A stretch of 64,000 bases of DNA from positions 512,001 through 576,000 of the forward strand of contig CAWCNY010000004.1 in the NCBI GenBank assembly GCA_963797095.1. Reading direction: 5' to 3'. The position numbers and the translations under genes are program-made. Below the pieces are notes generated by a model. It had not been told where the DNA came from. It did not search any database and worked only from the letters and a program-made list of their open reading frames with translations. Origin of the DNA: an uncultured Chloroflexia bacterium. GTDB lineage: Bacteria; Chloroflexota; Chloroflexia; QHBQ01; JADMIH01. Within the stretch, counting starts at the first letter, position 1. Every line of letters begins with the position of its first letter. This document shows positions 37,033 to 47,138 of this stretch, one piece after another.

Positions 37033-39257
37033 CTAGGCATCTTCGAGCGCATATCGGATCGCCTCTTCCAGGTTCATCACCTTGCCCAGTTCATATGATT
37101 GCCTATATGCCAACTCCCCAAGCTGTACGTGTACCTCTGAGAGCAACCGCTCGCGAACGGGCCCTCTGACCGGTATGATCTTACTGCTCAGTAGTCGCCG
37201 AGCCGCTTCCACGGCACCGAGCAGGGCCGCTGCCCGCTCTAAATGCCCCCTCGACCCTCCATCCTCGTCCTCAGCACGCGTCAGATCGATCTCAGCCAGA
37301 CCTTCCAGACAATCAGGTATCCGGTGCTTTTCTGTCTTGCGCGCCAGCATCAAGCTTTCACGGAAATATGCTTCGGCACGATCAAAATCGCCCAACCCGA
37401 TCATAGCCAACCCCAGCGCAGAATAAGACCAGGACACTCCCGCCTCGAATGGGGCGCCTCTAGCTATGGAAATGGCCTCATCGAGCAGCGGCACCGCCTC
37501 TACAAGTCGTCCCTCGTGGCACAGAACGGTGCCCAGGTCGCGTGTTGTGCCCATTGTTGCATAAGTTTGCAGCATTTCTTTCGACTCGGCCCTGGCAGTT
37601 GAGAGCAGCTTTTCAGCACGTGCGAAATCTCCGCTCTCTCCCACAATAATGCCAAGCATCCACTGAAGATTAAGTATGGCCACCTTTAAGCCCTTTTCCT
37701 GGACAAATTCCAATCCTTTCTCCACCTGGGATCGGGCCGCAGCATAGTCGCCTTGCAGCCACGCAATCATCCCTAGTTGATTCTTCTCCCGTAGAATGAA
37801 CATCTCGTGCCCCAGCTCGTTCGCTAGAGAAAGGCTTTCTTCAGCCGAAGCACGTGCGCTTGCGTAATCACTCATATGCGTACTGAATCGACTGGCGGCG
37901 TCAAGCAGTGTCGACAGATTTAGTCAGGCATCATGATCCAGCGCTGCGGGGGCCGCATTTGCTGAGGTTATGCGCAGCAGCCAATCGCGCCCTTCCGCAT
38001 ATTGCGCCCTGGTTTCCCAGTAGCGAAGTAACGCAACACCAAACTGCACGGCAAGGTCCAAACGCCCACTCTCAATTGTCCAGGTTATGGCTGCTCGCAG
38101 GTTGTCGTAATTCCGGTCAATCTGGCGATAAACCTTCTTTGCATTTTCACCAAAGACGTTAAGATCGGAGCTTGATGACAGGGCAAGGAAATACTCGGTA
38201 TGAAGCAGCCTCAACTCACGCTCCTCCTCGCTTGCCCGTAAGCGCTCCACTGCATACTCGCGAATCGTTTCCAGCATCGTGCAGCGTGCCTCTTCCTCGT
38301 CTTCGCCAACCGCCTCGCCAACCCTCTCCCACTCGATCTCGCGCTTTATCAAGTTCTTGTTGAGCAATTGCGAGATGCCATCCAGCAAATCGAGTTTGAG
38401 ATCGGAGGCTGCATTGCAGACGGCCTCGGCCGGGGGCAGAGTGAAACCTCCGAGAAAGACGCCCAGGCGGCTGAAGAGCAATTGCTCGGCGCTGTTCAGC
38501 AAATCGTAGCTCCAACTAATCGCGTCACGCAGCGTCTTGTGCCGCTCCGGCACATCGCGCGCGCCGCCCGACAACAGGTTCAGGTGGATAGATTGCCCTC
38601 CGACAGACTGTAGCCGCGCCAGCAACGCTTTCACGGGCAGTATCTTCGCGCGGACGGCTAACAGCTCGATAGCAAGCGGCAACCCGTCCAGTCGGGTGCA
38701 AATGGCTGCTACGACCGGCGCGTTCTCATCGGTGAGGGCGAAGTGTATGTCCACAGCTTGCGCACGCTGAACAAACAACGCCACCGCCGGACTGTCGGCC
38801 AGGCTTTCCACCGTGGGTAAACCGGCCATGTTTGGCGTCGAGAGAGGTCGAACATTAAACTCCTGCTCACTACGCACATGGAGGGACTCTCTGCTCGTAA
38901 CTAACAGTTTTATCTGCTGACAGGCAGCGAGCAACTCGACCAGTTGCGGAGGGGCTTCAACCACCTGCTCAAAGTTGTCAAGAATGAGCAGAAGCCGCTT
39001 GCGCGCCAGGTATTGCTTGAGAGCGGCAAGCAGCTTCTGCTCGCCCAGCACCTGCACATCAAGCGCACGCGTGATCGTGGACATAACCAATTCGGGATCG
39101 GTCACGGACGCCATTGCCACCCAGAGAATACCATCCCAAAATTGCTCCAGGCCACCTTCCCCGGAGAATTGATCCTGCGCCAGCGCACCGGCCACATGCA
39201 AGGCGAGGCTGGTCTTGCCCACTCCCGGCGGGCCTGTCAGCGTCACCAGGCGCACAT
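37033..39257 (-). pseudogene. STAND-type ATPase-TPR regulator, 5'-truncated, with one in-frame TGA
   Basis: LTGPPGVGKT, LILDNFEQ, LDGLPLAIEL, WSYDLL; TGA at 37926-37924 is in frame with the TPR ORF 37033-37875. Confidence 0.85.
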
Positions 39258-40440
39258 GAACCACGACGGTAAAGCCGATCTCTCTATAGCGAATTACTTT
39301 TCTGCCAATATCTCGGTCTTGCTCGGCAATGGCTCCGGCTCCTTTACAACCACCAACTATTACATGGGGACAGGCCCTGCCAGCTCAGTGCTGGGCGACT
39401 TCAACTCCGACGGCTATCTTGACATAGCCGTAGGATATCAGGGGGGTGTTGGGGTACTGCTCAATGATCACACGGGACATCTTGGCGCGGCCACGACTTT
39501 CCCCGCAGGAGTGGTGCCCTGTTGCATTACAACGGACGATTTCAATCTGGAAGACCATCCAGATGTTGTCGTAGGGAGCTTGACTAATGGCTCTATATCC
39601 GTGTTACTGGGCAATGGGGCGGGTAGCTTCGGTGCGCCCGCGACCTATGGCATTTCAGGTGGTGGTGTCGCAGGAATACCTGGCGATGTAAATCTGGACG
39701 GCCGCCCCGATATCCTGGTGTTGAGCGGCGGCAATAGTGCCGTGTATGTCATGCTGAATACGTGCGGCGCGCCCCTCCCAACCGCCACACCTCAAGCATC
39801 GCCTACCGCATGCGCAACAGGCTCTTTTTCGGACGTGCCGTCAGGCTCCACATATTACCCCTATGTCACCTGCCTCGCCAGCAGAGAGATCGTGGGCGGT
39901 TATTCTGATTGCACATTCCGACCTGGCAATGCCGTCACCAGGGGCCAGCTCTCCAAGATAGTGTCGCTGGCTGCCGGTTTCAACGAGAATCACACGGAGC
40001 AATCCTTCCAGGATGTGCCCGTCGGCTCTACCTTCCACCTGTATGTCGAGAGGTTGGCATCACGCAGCATCATCGGCGGCTACCCCTGCGGAGGGCCTGG
40101 AGAGCCGTGTGGGGCGGGCAATAAGCCCTACTTCAGGACAGGCAGCAACGTCACCAGGGGCCAAACCGCTAAGATTGTGGCCATTGCCAGGGGACTGCCT
40201 GCACCAAACCCAGGTCAGCAGACCTTCCAGGATGTGCCCACGTCCAGCACCTTCTGGAAGTGGATCGAGGAGCTTTCCACGGCGGGTGCCATAGGCGGCT
40301 ACCCGTGTGGCGGCTCAGGGGAGCCGTGTGGGACGGGCAACAAACCCTACTTCCGAGCAGCAAACGATGTGACCAGGGGCCAATCCTCGAAGATTGTAGC
40401 CAACGCATTCTTCCCCAGTTGCGGGTCGCTAAAGCGTTAA
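39256..40440 (+). pseudogene. FG-GAP repeat + SLH domain protein, 5'-truncated
   Basis: Starts mid-repeat (MNHDGKADL); GDFNSDGYLD, GDVNLDGRPD; three SLH repeats (FxDVP...VTRGQ); no signal peptide. Confidence 0.75.
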
Positions 40441-40450
40441 GAGGTGGCAT

Positions 40451-40711
40451 ATGGAGGGTGACAAAGAAAGCAAAACATCCAACATCTTTCTTGTGCGACT
40501 ATGGATGGATGACGGAGTGGGTGAGGACAACTGGCATGGCAAGGTGCAGCATATTGCCTCCGGCAAAGCAGCAAGCTTCAGCAGCCAGGCCTCAATGATA
40601 CAATTACTCGCTTCCATGTTCACACCGTCTCGTAAGGCGAATGCCCCGCGCCGTGAGGGCGCAGGCGAAACCGATCCGTTCGGCCCTGAGTCTCCCTCGG
40701 AGCCGTCATAG
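40451..40711 (+). CDS. Small hypothetical protein
   Basis: FLVRLW...WHGKVQHIASG; GAGGT RBS. Confidence 0.6.
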   Translation: MEGDKESKTSNIFLVRLWMDDGVGEDNWHGKVQHIASGKAASFSSQASMIQLLASMFTPSRKANAPRREGAGETDPFGPESPSEPS

Positions 40712-40872
40712 CTAAAAGTTGTCGTGGCGGATTTCGTGGCAGTGGCACACGCCCTGGTGACGCAAACAACATATCCAACGCATCTTGCCTCTGCCCCTGT
40801 GCTTCAGAGCGACGCACAGGGGCACGGAGTCACTCAGGCACCCGAACGACCGCGACCGTGACGCCCGTACAT

Positions 40873-41232
40873 CTAGAACGCAATACTGGCAGCGCCGGAG
40901 GCCAAGTACTGCACGACGTATGCGGCGGTGACGATGCGGGCGCCTTCGATCAGGTCAGCCTCGGTGATGCCGCGCGGCTTGGTGCACGTGCCGCACGCCC
41001 AGATCTGGCCTCCGTTCGCCAGGAAGGATTGCATGACCTCCTTGAGAGGCTGGAAGCCTTCTTTGTGAATCTCGTCCGTGTATCCCCTGGTGGCCAGCCT
41101 CACGCCCTCGATAGTGAGCAACACCGCCGTAGGCTGGTCCGCTGATGCCGCCACGTTGCCGAATATGAACGACAGTGTCGCCCGCTCTGGATCCTCTTTG
41201 CCGTATGAACAGCTTATAAGCATATTGGCCAT
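40873..41232 (-). CDS. DsrE family protein
   Basis: GKEDPERAT, LTIEGVRL, WACGTCTKPRG. Confidence 0.85.
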   Translation of the reverse strand: MANMLISCSYGKEDPERATLSFIFGNVAASADQPTAVLLTIEGVRLATRGYTDEIHKEGFQPLKEVMQSFLANGGQIWACGTCTKPRGITEADLIEGARIVTAAYVVQYLASGAASIAF

Positions 41233-41308
41233 TGCATTCTCCTCTTCCCTTTCGCTTGGGTCAGTTGTCGGTTGTGGGTGTTACCCATTGCGTCCCATGT
41301 CTTATTCG

Positions 41309-41596
41309 TCATTCCTTCCTGATAAAGAAATTCAGCGTGTCGTCGTCCTCCTCGATGGTCGCCAGCAGCTTGTTGCAGGTGAGGTCGCACCATGCCTGTA
41401 CGTCCAGAAGGGAGGTGGGGTCGTCGGTACGCACCAGCAGAATCTGCCCCGCCTCCATCTCCCGCAGCCTTGCTCTGATTGCGGGCGTAAGCACCGCGCA
41501 AGCAGCGCCGGGAGCGTCACTACTATTCAGGAGTTCGAGGATAGCCGTCGGGGCAGGTAATATGGCATCCCCTGCAGCATCGTGGTCTTTCATCAT
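41309..41596 (-). CDS. TusA/SirA-like sulfur carrier
   Basis: GAACAVLTP...LREMEAGQILLVRTDDP...DVQAWC. Confidence 0.78.
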   Translation of the reverse strand: MMKDHDAAGDAILPAPTAILELLNSSDAPGAACAVLTPAIRARLREMEAGQILLVRTDDPTSLLDVQAWCDLTCNKLLATIEEDDDTLNFFIRKE

Positions 41597-41648
41597 GCTG
41601 GCATCACCTTCTCCCTTTGTGAACAGCGCATTCTCATCGAACTATTAG

Positions 41649-42026
41649 AGGCGTGGAGACCCCTGCATTCATGCATGGGGAGGAAACGCCCCTTTCTCCT
41701 TTCCTGTTTAGTCCTGCAGAAAGTGGTATAATAGGCGTGGGTAAAGGCACTCTCGCTAGAGAGATTACGGTTGTTGACGGTTCGCCGTCTACCCACTTTA
41801 CAAACTGAATACATGCGTTCCAGTCAGGAAACTTTGACTGGGTAAAAGTATTCAAGTCTAACCTAACCTCCTTTGTGTCGTTAGTAACTCGCTGTTAGCT
41901 TCTCTGAGGCTAACAGGGCCAATGTAAGCTGGCCGCACTTGCGGGACCCCCTGTACGGCTTCAGTGGGAAGGCCAGATAAAGGTTCGATTGCAAAAGCCC
42001 CTTGCTTTAGCTATGGGGTAGCTTAC
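41649..42026 (+). mobile_element. Non-autonomous IS200/IS605 (IS1341-like) mini-element A
   Basis: Left hairpin GGCGTGGAGACCCCTGCATTCATGCATGGGGAGGAAACGCC, then TGGTATAAT; right hairpin AAGCCCCTTGCTTTAGCTATGGGGTAGCTTAC; no tnp ORF. Confidence 0.6.
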
Positions 42027-42045
42027 TAGCCTGCTCCCATTCCAG

Positions 42046-42486
42046 TCAACTTGCCTCGCTGCCAATCCGGAAACCGCTGCAAAGCAAATCGAACTGTACG
42101 ATGCTTCCCTCCTCCAGCAGGCTATAGGTCTGTTGCTCTACCAGGTACCAGACGCCACCCTCGCGCAGGCGGAGGCGGTAGCCGACGTGCAGGCGATCGC
42201 CCACCCGGGTCATCTGCGAATCCTCCACGTTGAAGTGGTCCGCCTCGCCGAACCACTGTTCGAAATAGCGTATGAGGCCTCGCGCGCCAAGGGGCGTCAT
42301 CAGGCCGCCAGGTATCAGCAAGCGACAACGAACTTGTGGGTGGAAACGATCCGCGAGCTTCTCAAAGTCTCGCGTATCGAGGCACTGCACAATCTCCTCA
42401 CCCCACTGCTTCCAATCGCGATCTACTTGTGCGGTACCGACGGTTGTTGCTTGCACTATTGTGGGACCTCCTCGCAAGATCTTCAT
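42046..42486 (-). CDS. SnoaL/NTF2-like protein
   Basis: RDFEKLADRFHPQVRCRLLIPGG; FDLLCSGFR. Confidence 0.7.
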   Translation of the reverse strand: MKILRGGPTIVQATTVGTAQVDRDWKQWGEEIVQCLDTRDFEKLADRFHPQVRCRLLIPGGLMTPLGARGLIRYFEQWFGEADHFNVEDSQMTRVGDRLHVGYRLRLREGGVWYLVEQQTYSLLEEGSIVQFDLLCSGFRIGSEAS

Positions 42487-42772
42487 GGCTCATCTGCCTC
42501 TGATGATCGGAATCATATATCGCAGACAGGCGTAGCGCATCGGGAAGGTTCCCCATATTGCCGCCCGCAGTCCCCTATATTGGCAGACCGCTCTTCATAG
42601 GTTCTGTGCCATATTAACATCGTCTGACGACCGGCGACCGGCCGCCTGAAACGTGAACACCAAATAATTCTGTGATCACTGAGTGCTCCATGCTCTCTGT
42701 GATCCAAACACTAAGAACCTTGGCAGTGAAGAAAGCAGTGATTGCTTACCCCGTCCGCCTATCATGTTGTAA

Positions 42773-45367
42773 ATGGAACTACTGGAGCGCGAGGCGCATA
42801 TGCAGGTGTTGGGAGCGGCCCTGGCTGGGGTAAGCTCGGGGCCGGGGCGCGTCGTGCTCGTGAGTGGAGAGGCGGGCATCGGTAAAACATCGCTGGTCAA
42901 GAACTTCGTAGCGCAATACTGCTCCGGGGTGCAGGTGCTTGTGGGCGCTTGCGATGCGCTCTTCACTCCTCGTCCCCTCGGCCCCATGCATGACGTTGCC
43001 CGGCTAGCGTACCCCGACCTGCTTGATCTGCTCAATTCGGGGAGTGGCGTGCTGCCGGTTGCCACTGCTTTTCTCGAGCGATTGAGGCAGAGCTCCTCGT
43101 CCAGTGTAGTAGTGATCGAGGACGTCCACTGGGCCGACGAGGCCACTCTGGACCTCCTCAAGTTCCTGGGCAGACGCATCGAACAGATTCATGCCCTGCT
43201 CATCCTCACCTACCGAGACGACGAGCTAGGAGCGCACCACCCGCTGCGCTTCCTGTTGGGCGACCTTCCCGTGCGCTCCACCACGCGCCTGGCACTGCCT
43301 CCACTATCCGAGGCGGCTGTTGCCTCGCTGGCGAGCCGTTCTGGCAGGGCCGCAGAGGGCCTTTACTCGATCACTGGGGGCAACCCATTTTTCGTGACCG
43401 AGGTGCTGGCCGGCCCAGAAGCGGATGTGCCGGACACCGTACGAGATGCGGTGCTTGGGCGCGCCTCCCGCCTTTCGCCTCCGGCGAGGCAAGTGCTCGA
43501 CCTGGCGTCGGTCGTGCCCGGGGCCGTCGAACAGTGGCTGCTGGAGGCCGTGCTAAATCCGGATGCCTGGGCAGTCGACGAGTGTATAGAGAATGGATTG
43601 CTCGTCACAGGCGACGGTACGCTGGCCTTCCGGCATGAGCTTGCCAGGCGAGCCGTCGAGAGCCCTCTCTCCGCAGCCGTTACGCGCACGCTACACGCCC
43701 AGGTGCTGCAGGCGTACATGGCCCAGGATATGGAACAGGTGTCGCTGGCCCGGCTGGTACATCACGCCACCCATGCAGGCGACCAGGCTACGGTGATGCG
43801 ACTTGCGCCCCTGGCAGCGCGACAGGCGAGCGCGTCGGGCGCGCACCGCGAAGCAGCCGCCCACTACGCTACCTCCCTCACCTACTCGGGCTTGCTAGCC
43901 CCTGAGGAGCGGGCGGATCTGCTAGAGAGCCTCTCATTCGAGCGCTATCTGACTGGTGCCCTGCAGGAAGCGATAGAGGTGCGCAGCGAAGCGACCGAGA
44001 TCAGGGGGCGCGCAGGCCAGCAGGAGAAAGCAGGCGATGACATTCGCTGGCTCTCCAGGATCTACTGGTTCTCGGGCCAGCGGCGGGAGGCCGAGCGCTA
44101 TGCGGATCAGGCGGTGGAGGTTCTCGAGCCGCTTGGGCCTGGGCAAGCGCTGGCCATGGCCTACAGCAACCGCTCCCAACTTTTCATATTGTCCGACGAG
44201 CCGGAGAAGGCAAGGCACTGGGGCAAGCGCGCAGTCGAAATGGCCGAGCAACTCGACGCGACCGATATTCTCGTGCATGCCCTCACCAACATAGGCACCG
44301 CCGAAATACAGACCGGGGGTATCGCCCGGCGTTCAACCCTGGAGAAGGCTCTCTCGATGGCCCTGCAACACAATATGCACGACCACACAGCGCGCTGCTA
44401 CGCCAACTTGAGCAGCGAAACCGTGCAGGACCATGATTACGCCCTGGCCGAACGGTATCTGAGGGAGGGCATCGCCTACACGGCGGCGCGCGACCTGGAC
44501 TCCTATGGCGTATATCTGTACGGGTGGCTGGCGCGCTTCCATTTCGAGCAGGGGAGGTGGCGAGAGGCCCAGGAGGCCGCCAGCGAGGTGCTCCGTGCGC
44601 ATGGAGGCGCATCCGTCATCCCGATCCCGGCGCTGATCGTGCTGGGCCATCTGAACGTGCGGCGGGGCAATCCGGCAGCAGCAGGCTTCCTCGATGCGGC
44701 CCGCGAGCTGGCCATGCCCACAGGTGAACTACAGCGCATCGGCCCGCTGGCGGTGGCCAGGGCCGAAGCCGCCTGGTGGCGGAGGGACCAGGCGGCGTGC
44801 CTCGCCGAGGCCCAGGTGGCCTACGACCTGGCCCTGGCAGGCAATGACACCTGGGCACTGGGGGCAATAGCCTTTTGGATGTGGCGGGCAGGCGGCTTGG
44901 CCGGGCCTCCAGAGCGCGCCCCCAAACCGCATAAGCTGATGATGGACAGACAGTGGATCGCGGCTGCACGTGAATGGGAGCATATAGGCTGCCCTTACGA
45001 GCAGGCGCTGTGCCTCGCTGAGGGCGACGAGGCGGATCGGCTGCGAGCGCTGAAGATCTTCGAGCGCCTGGGCGCAGAGCCTGCCATGAGCGACCTCAAG
45101 CGAACTCTGCACGCCATGGGTGTGAAAGGCATCCCGCGTGGTCCGCGCCCCGCCACCCGCGCCAATCCTTTCGGCCTAACCAAGCGCGAGCGAGAAGTAC
45201 TTGCTCACATGGAGCAGGGCCTCAGCAACGCAGAAATCGGCGAGCGCATGTCCATCTCCCCTAAGACCGTGGACCACCACGTCTCCTCGGTGCTGTCCAA
45301 ATTGCACGCGCACACCAGGAACGAGGCCGCAGCCATAGCACGGCGGGCACCATTGAACGGTGGATGA
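42773..45367 (+). CDS. AAA-ATPase + TPR + LuxR HTH regulator (LAL/MalT-like)
   Basis: GEAGIGKT, IEDVHWAD, TGGNPFF, LTKREREVL...SPKTVDHHVS. Confidence 0.93.
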   Translation: MELLEREAHMQVLGAALAGVSSGPGRVVLVSGEAGIGKTSLVKNFVAQYCSGVQVLVGACDALFTPRPLGPMHDVARLAYPDLLDLLNSGSGVLPVATAFLERLRQSSSSSVVVIEDVHWADEATLDLLKFLGRRIEQIHALLILTYRDDELGAHHPLRFLLGDLPVRSTTRLALPPLSEAAVASLASRSGRAAEGLYSITGGNPFFVTEVLAGPEADVPDTVRDAVLGRASRLSPPARQVLDLASVVPGAVEQWLLEAVLNPDAWAVDECIENGLLVTGDGTLAFRHELARRAVESPLSAAVTRTLHAQVLQAYMAQDMEQVSLARLVHHATHAGDQATVMRLAPLAARQASASGAHREAAAHYATSLTYSGLLAPEERADLLESLSFERYLTGALQEAIEVRSEATEIRGRAGQQEKAGDDIRWLSRIYWFSGQRREAERYADQAVEVLEPLGPGQALAMAYSNRSQLFILSDEPEKARHWGKRAVEMAEQLDATDILVHALTNIGTAEIQTGGIARRSTLEKALSMALQHNMHDHTARCYANLSSETVQDHDYALAERYLREGIAYTAARDLDSYGVYLYGWLARFHFEQGRWREAQEAASEVLRAHGGASVIPIPALIVLGHLNVRRGNPAAAGFLDAARELAMPTGELQRIGPLAVARAEAAWWRRDQAACLAEAQVAYDLALAGNDTWALGAIAFWMWRAGGLAGPPERAPKPHKLMMDRQWIAAAREWEHIGCPYEQALCLAEGDEADRLRALKIFERLGAEPAMSDLKRTLHAMGVKGIPRGPRPATRANPFGLTKREREVLAHMEQGLSNAEIGERMSISPKTVDHHVSSVLSKLHAHTRNEAAAIARRAPLNGG

Positions 45368-45520
45368 AGAGATGATGGCCGAAGGCGGTCTCTCGGTAAA
45401 TCTATTCCTGCATCCTTGCGACCCAGCCATTAAAAATGTGCTTGGATTTCTTACGATCCGGGCCAATGACTTGTCCAATACAACCAATCATGTACCCAGC
45501 CTACTGTTATCGACTTTCAC

Positions 45521-45879
45521 AGCGGCTAAGACCCTCGCCTTCAGGCGTAGGGATACAGCCGCCACTACCAAGTAGCGCGTAGGGCTCCCTACCAAGTAGC
45601 GCGTAGGGCTCCCTACCAAGTAGGGTGGTTGTAAGTCTGTGCATAAAGTCCTCCAAAGTGGCATGATATCTGTGACGGAGAAGGAGAATAGCCTCCCGTT
45701 GTACCCCTTCCCCTGGTTCGTACTTTGGCAGTAGGATACGTATGGGGTTGTAGTCTCAAAGTCTCAGACTACGTAAAATGTATCGAGCGTCAGCTTGTAC
45801 AAACCTAATGACTGTAGGGCGGTACAGTATCAGTGAAAAACTGTAGAAGCCCCTGAGTTCACTCATGGGGAGCCGTCAC
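45521..45879 (+). mobile_element. Non-autonomous IS200/IS605-like mini-element B
   Basis: Left hairpin GCGGCTAAGACCCTCGCCTTCAGGCGTAGGGATACAGCCGC; right end GAAGCCCCTGAGTTCACTCATGGGGAGCCGTCAC; internal 24-bp repeat x2.5 at 45565-45623. Confidence 0.62.
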
Positions 45880-45999
45880 TCTATCAGGTCGACTTGCCCC
45901 TTTGATAAGTCAAAGCCAAAGAGAGAAACCTCGGACTGCGTCTCACCCCATCTACCTTAAGGTGCTGAGCGGTAAATACGTCGAGTTAGCCCTCTACGA

Positions 46000-46080
46000 G
46001 CGCGCTCATAGAAGACCCGACGGCACTGCCTGCAACGGTAGACCTTGTAGCCGAGAGAGGCTTTCCTGGTAAGCTGGGTA
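46000..46080 (-). pseudogene. Possible IS6-type transposase N-terminal remnant
   Basis: One minus frame reads LGYKVYRCRQCRRVFYER; short, no IRs found. Confidence 0.3.
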
Positions 46081-46137
46081 CCATGTCTCTCTTTCTGACA
46101 CAACTACCCTATTTAACCCTATCGCCCGGTTTTCCCA

Positions 46138-46347
46138 TCAATCGTGCGGGTGTTCCTGCGTGTTGCACCCATTGGCGCATCGCCACCAGCCATCGGGCAT
46201 GCGCCCGCTCGATGGGATATCCACCGTCCATCTGTTACCGCAAACTCCGCAAGCAAATGTTCCCCGTTGAGCATCAATCACCTCGACATTGTGCTTGCGC
46301 AGCGCGTCCCTGATCGACCTCTTAAGCTGGTTCAGTTGGTCCTTCAT
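46138..46347 (-). CDS. Small Zn-ribbon protein
   Basis: CGVC...CANGC; GGAGG RBS. Confidence 0.6.
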   Translation of the reverse strand: MKDQLNQLKRSIRDALRKHNVEVIDAQRGTFACGVCGNRWTVDIPSSGRMPDGWWRCANGCNTQEHPHD

Positions 46348-46588
46348 CTACCTACCTCCACCTTTATTTTCCGAGATTATAGCAGAACAAACCCGATTCT
46401 GGATCGACAACACTTCCGCCACCTATAGCAAAACGACAAACTAGGCAGAGTCGAAACCGGCAGCCTCGGCAGATATTCGCATATGGGTATTTTTGCCGGG
46501 CTTAGTACTTGAGCGTGCTATACTATCGCTGTCTCTACCGGAGATCTTTCCGGCATTGATAGATCGATTGAAAGGATGGAAGCAACGG

Positions 46589-46858
46589 ATGCGCAACGGC
46601 ATATGTCCTAAGTGTGGCTCCAATGATGTATACACGGGCGCGAGCGTGCCTGCTAAAACGAATTCTTATGGCATGAATGCCGTCCCCATACGAGGCGGTA
46701 TCTACTTCTCCCCCTCCACGGCGGTCCTTGACAATTACGTCTGCGTCCGCTGTGGCTACGTCGAGAGCTACATCTCCGACCGTAAGAAGCTTGACGAAAT
46801 CGCCGAGCGCTGGCCTAAAGTAGAGCCGGGGTCAGGCCCATCCAAAGAGATAAAGTAA
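46589..46858 (+). CDS. Small Zn-ribbon protein
   Basis: CPKCGS...YVCVRCGYVESY. Confidence 0.7.
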   Translation: MRNGICPKCGSNDVYTGASVPAKTNSYGMNAVPIRGGIYFSPSTAVLDNYVCVRCGYVESYISDRKKLDEIAERWPKVEPGSGPSKEIK

Positions 46859-46942
46859 CTTGAACACATAACCCGACCGCTAACTCCGTGTTCCACCACC
46901 GCCCACCTGGTGGGGGTTCAAAACTGATAAGCACGCCCCAAC

Positions 46943-46967
46943 AGAGAGCCGAGTGGCTCTCTTCTTG
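46943..46967 (+). terminator. Intrinsic terminator
   Basis: AGAGAGCC-GAGT-GGCTCTCT-TCTT. Confidence 0.6.
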
Positions 46968-47010
46968 ATTCCTGCGCACGCTCTATCTCCCCACGTGCTC
47001 GCCCCCGGCA

Positions 47011-47079
47011 GATGCTTATGCTTTTCTTACACTTTCGCACGCGATTCTTATGCCTTGCTTATGCGCTTCCTCGTACGCT
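47011..47079 (+). promoter_or_regulatory. Putative KdpE-activated promoter of the permease
   Basis: CTTAYN repeats at 47015, 47026, 47047 and 47058; TACGCT 10 bp after the last. Confidence 0.65.
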
Positions 47080-47138
47080 TGTAGTAGCATATAGATTCCC
47101 CTAACGTTACAGTTTCGCAAGGGAGGCGCACAGGGTAA

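Noticed and set aside
37924-37926. Selenocysteine or programmed readthrough at the in-frame TGA
   Set aside because: No redox context and the gene has lost its 5' end; a nonsense mutation is simpler.
38944-39255. N-terminal extension of the 498-aa FG-GAP ORF
   Set aside because: It is the antisense of the ATPase pseudogene; recognisable FG-GAP sequence starts at 39256.
41634-41855. 73-aa minus-strand ORF with AAGGAGG upstream
   Set aside because: Lies within mini-element A, runs through its end hairpin, and has no recognisable motifs.
45565-45623. CRISPR-like 24-bp repeats
   Set aside because: Head-to-tail with no spacers, and no cas genes in the window.
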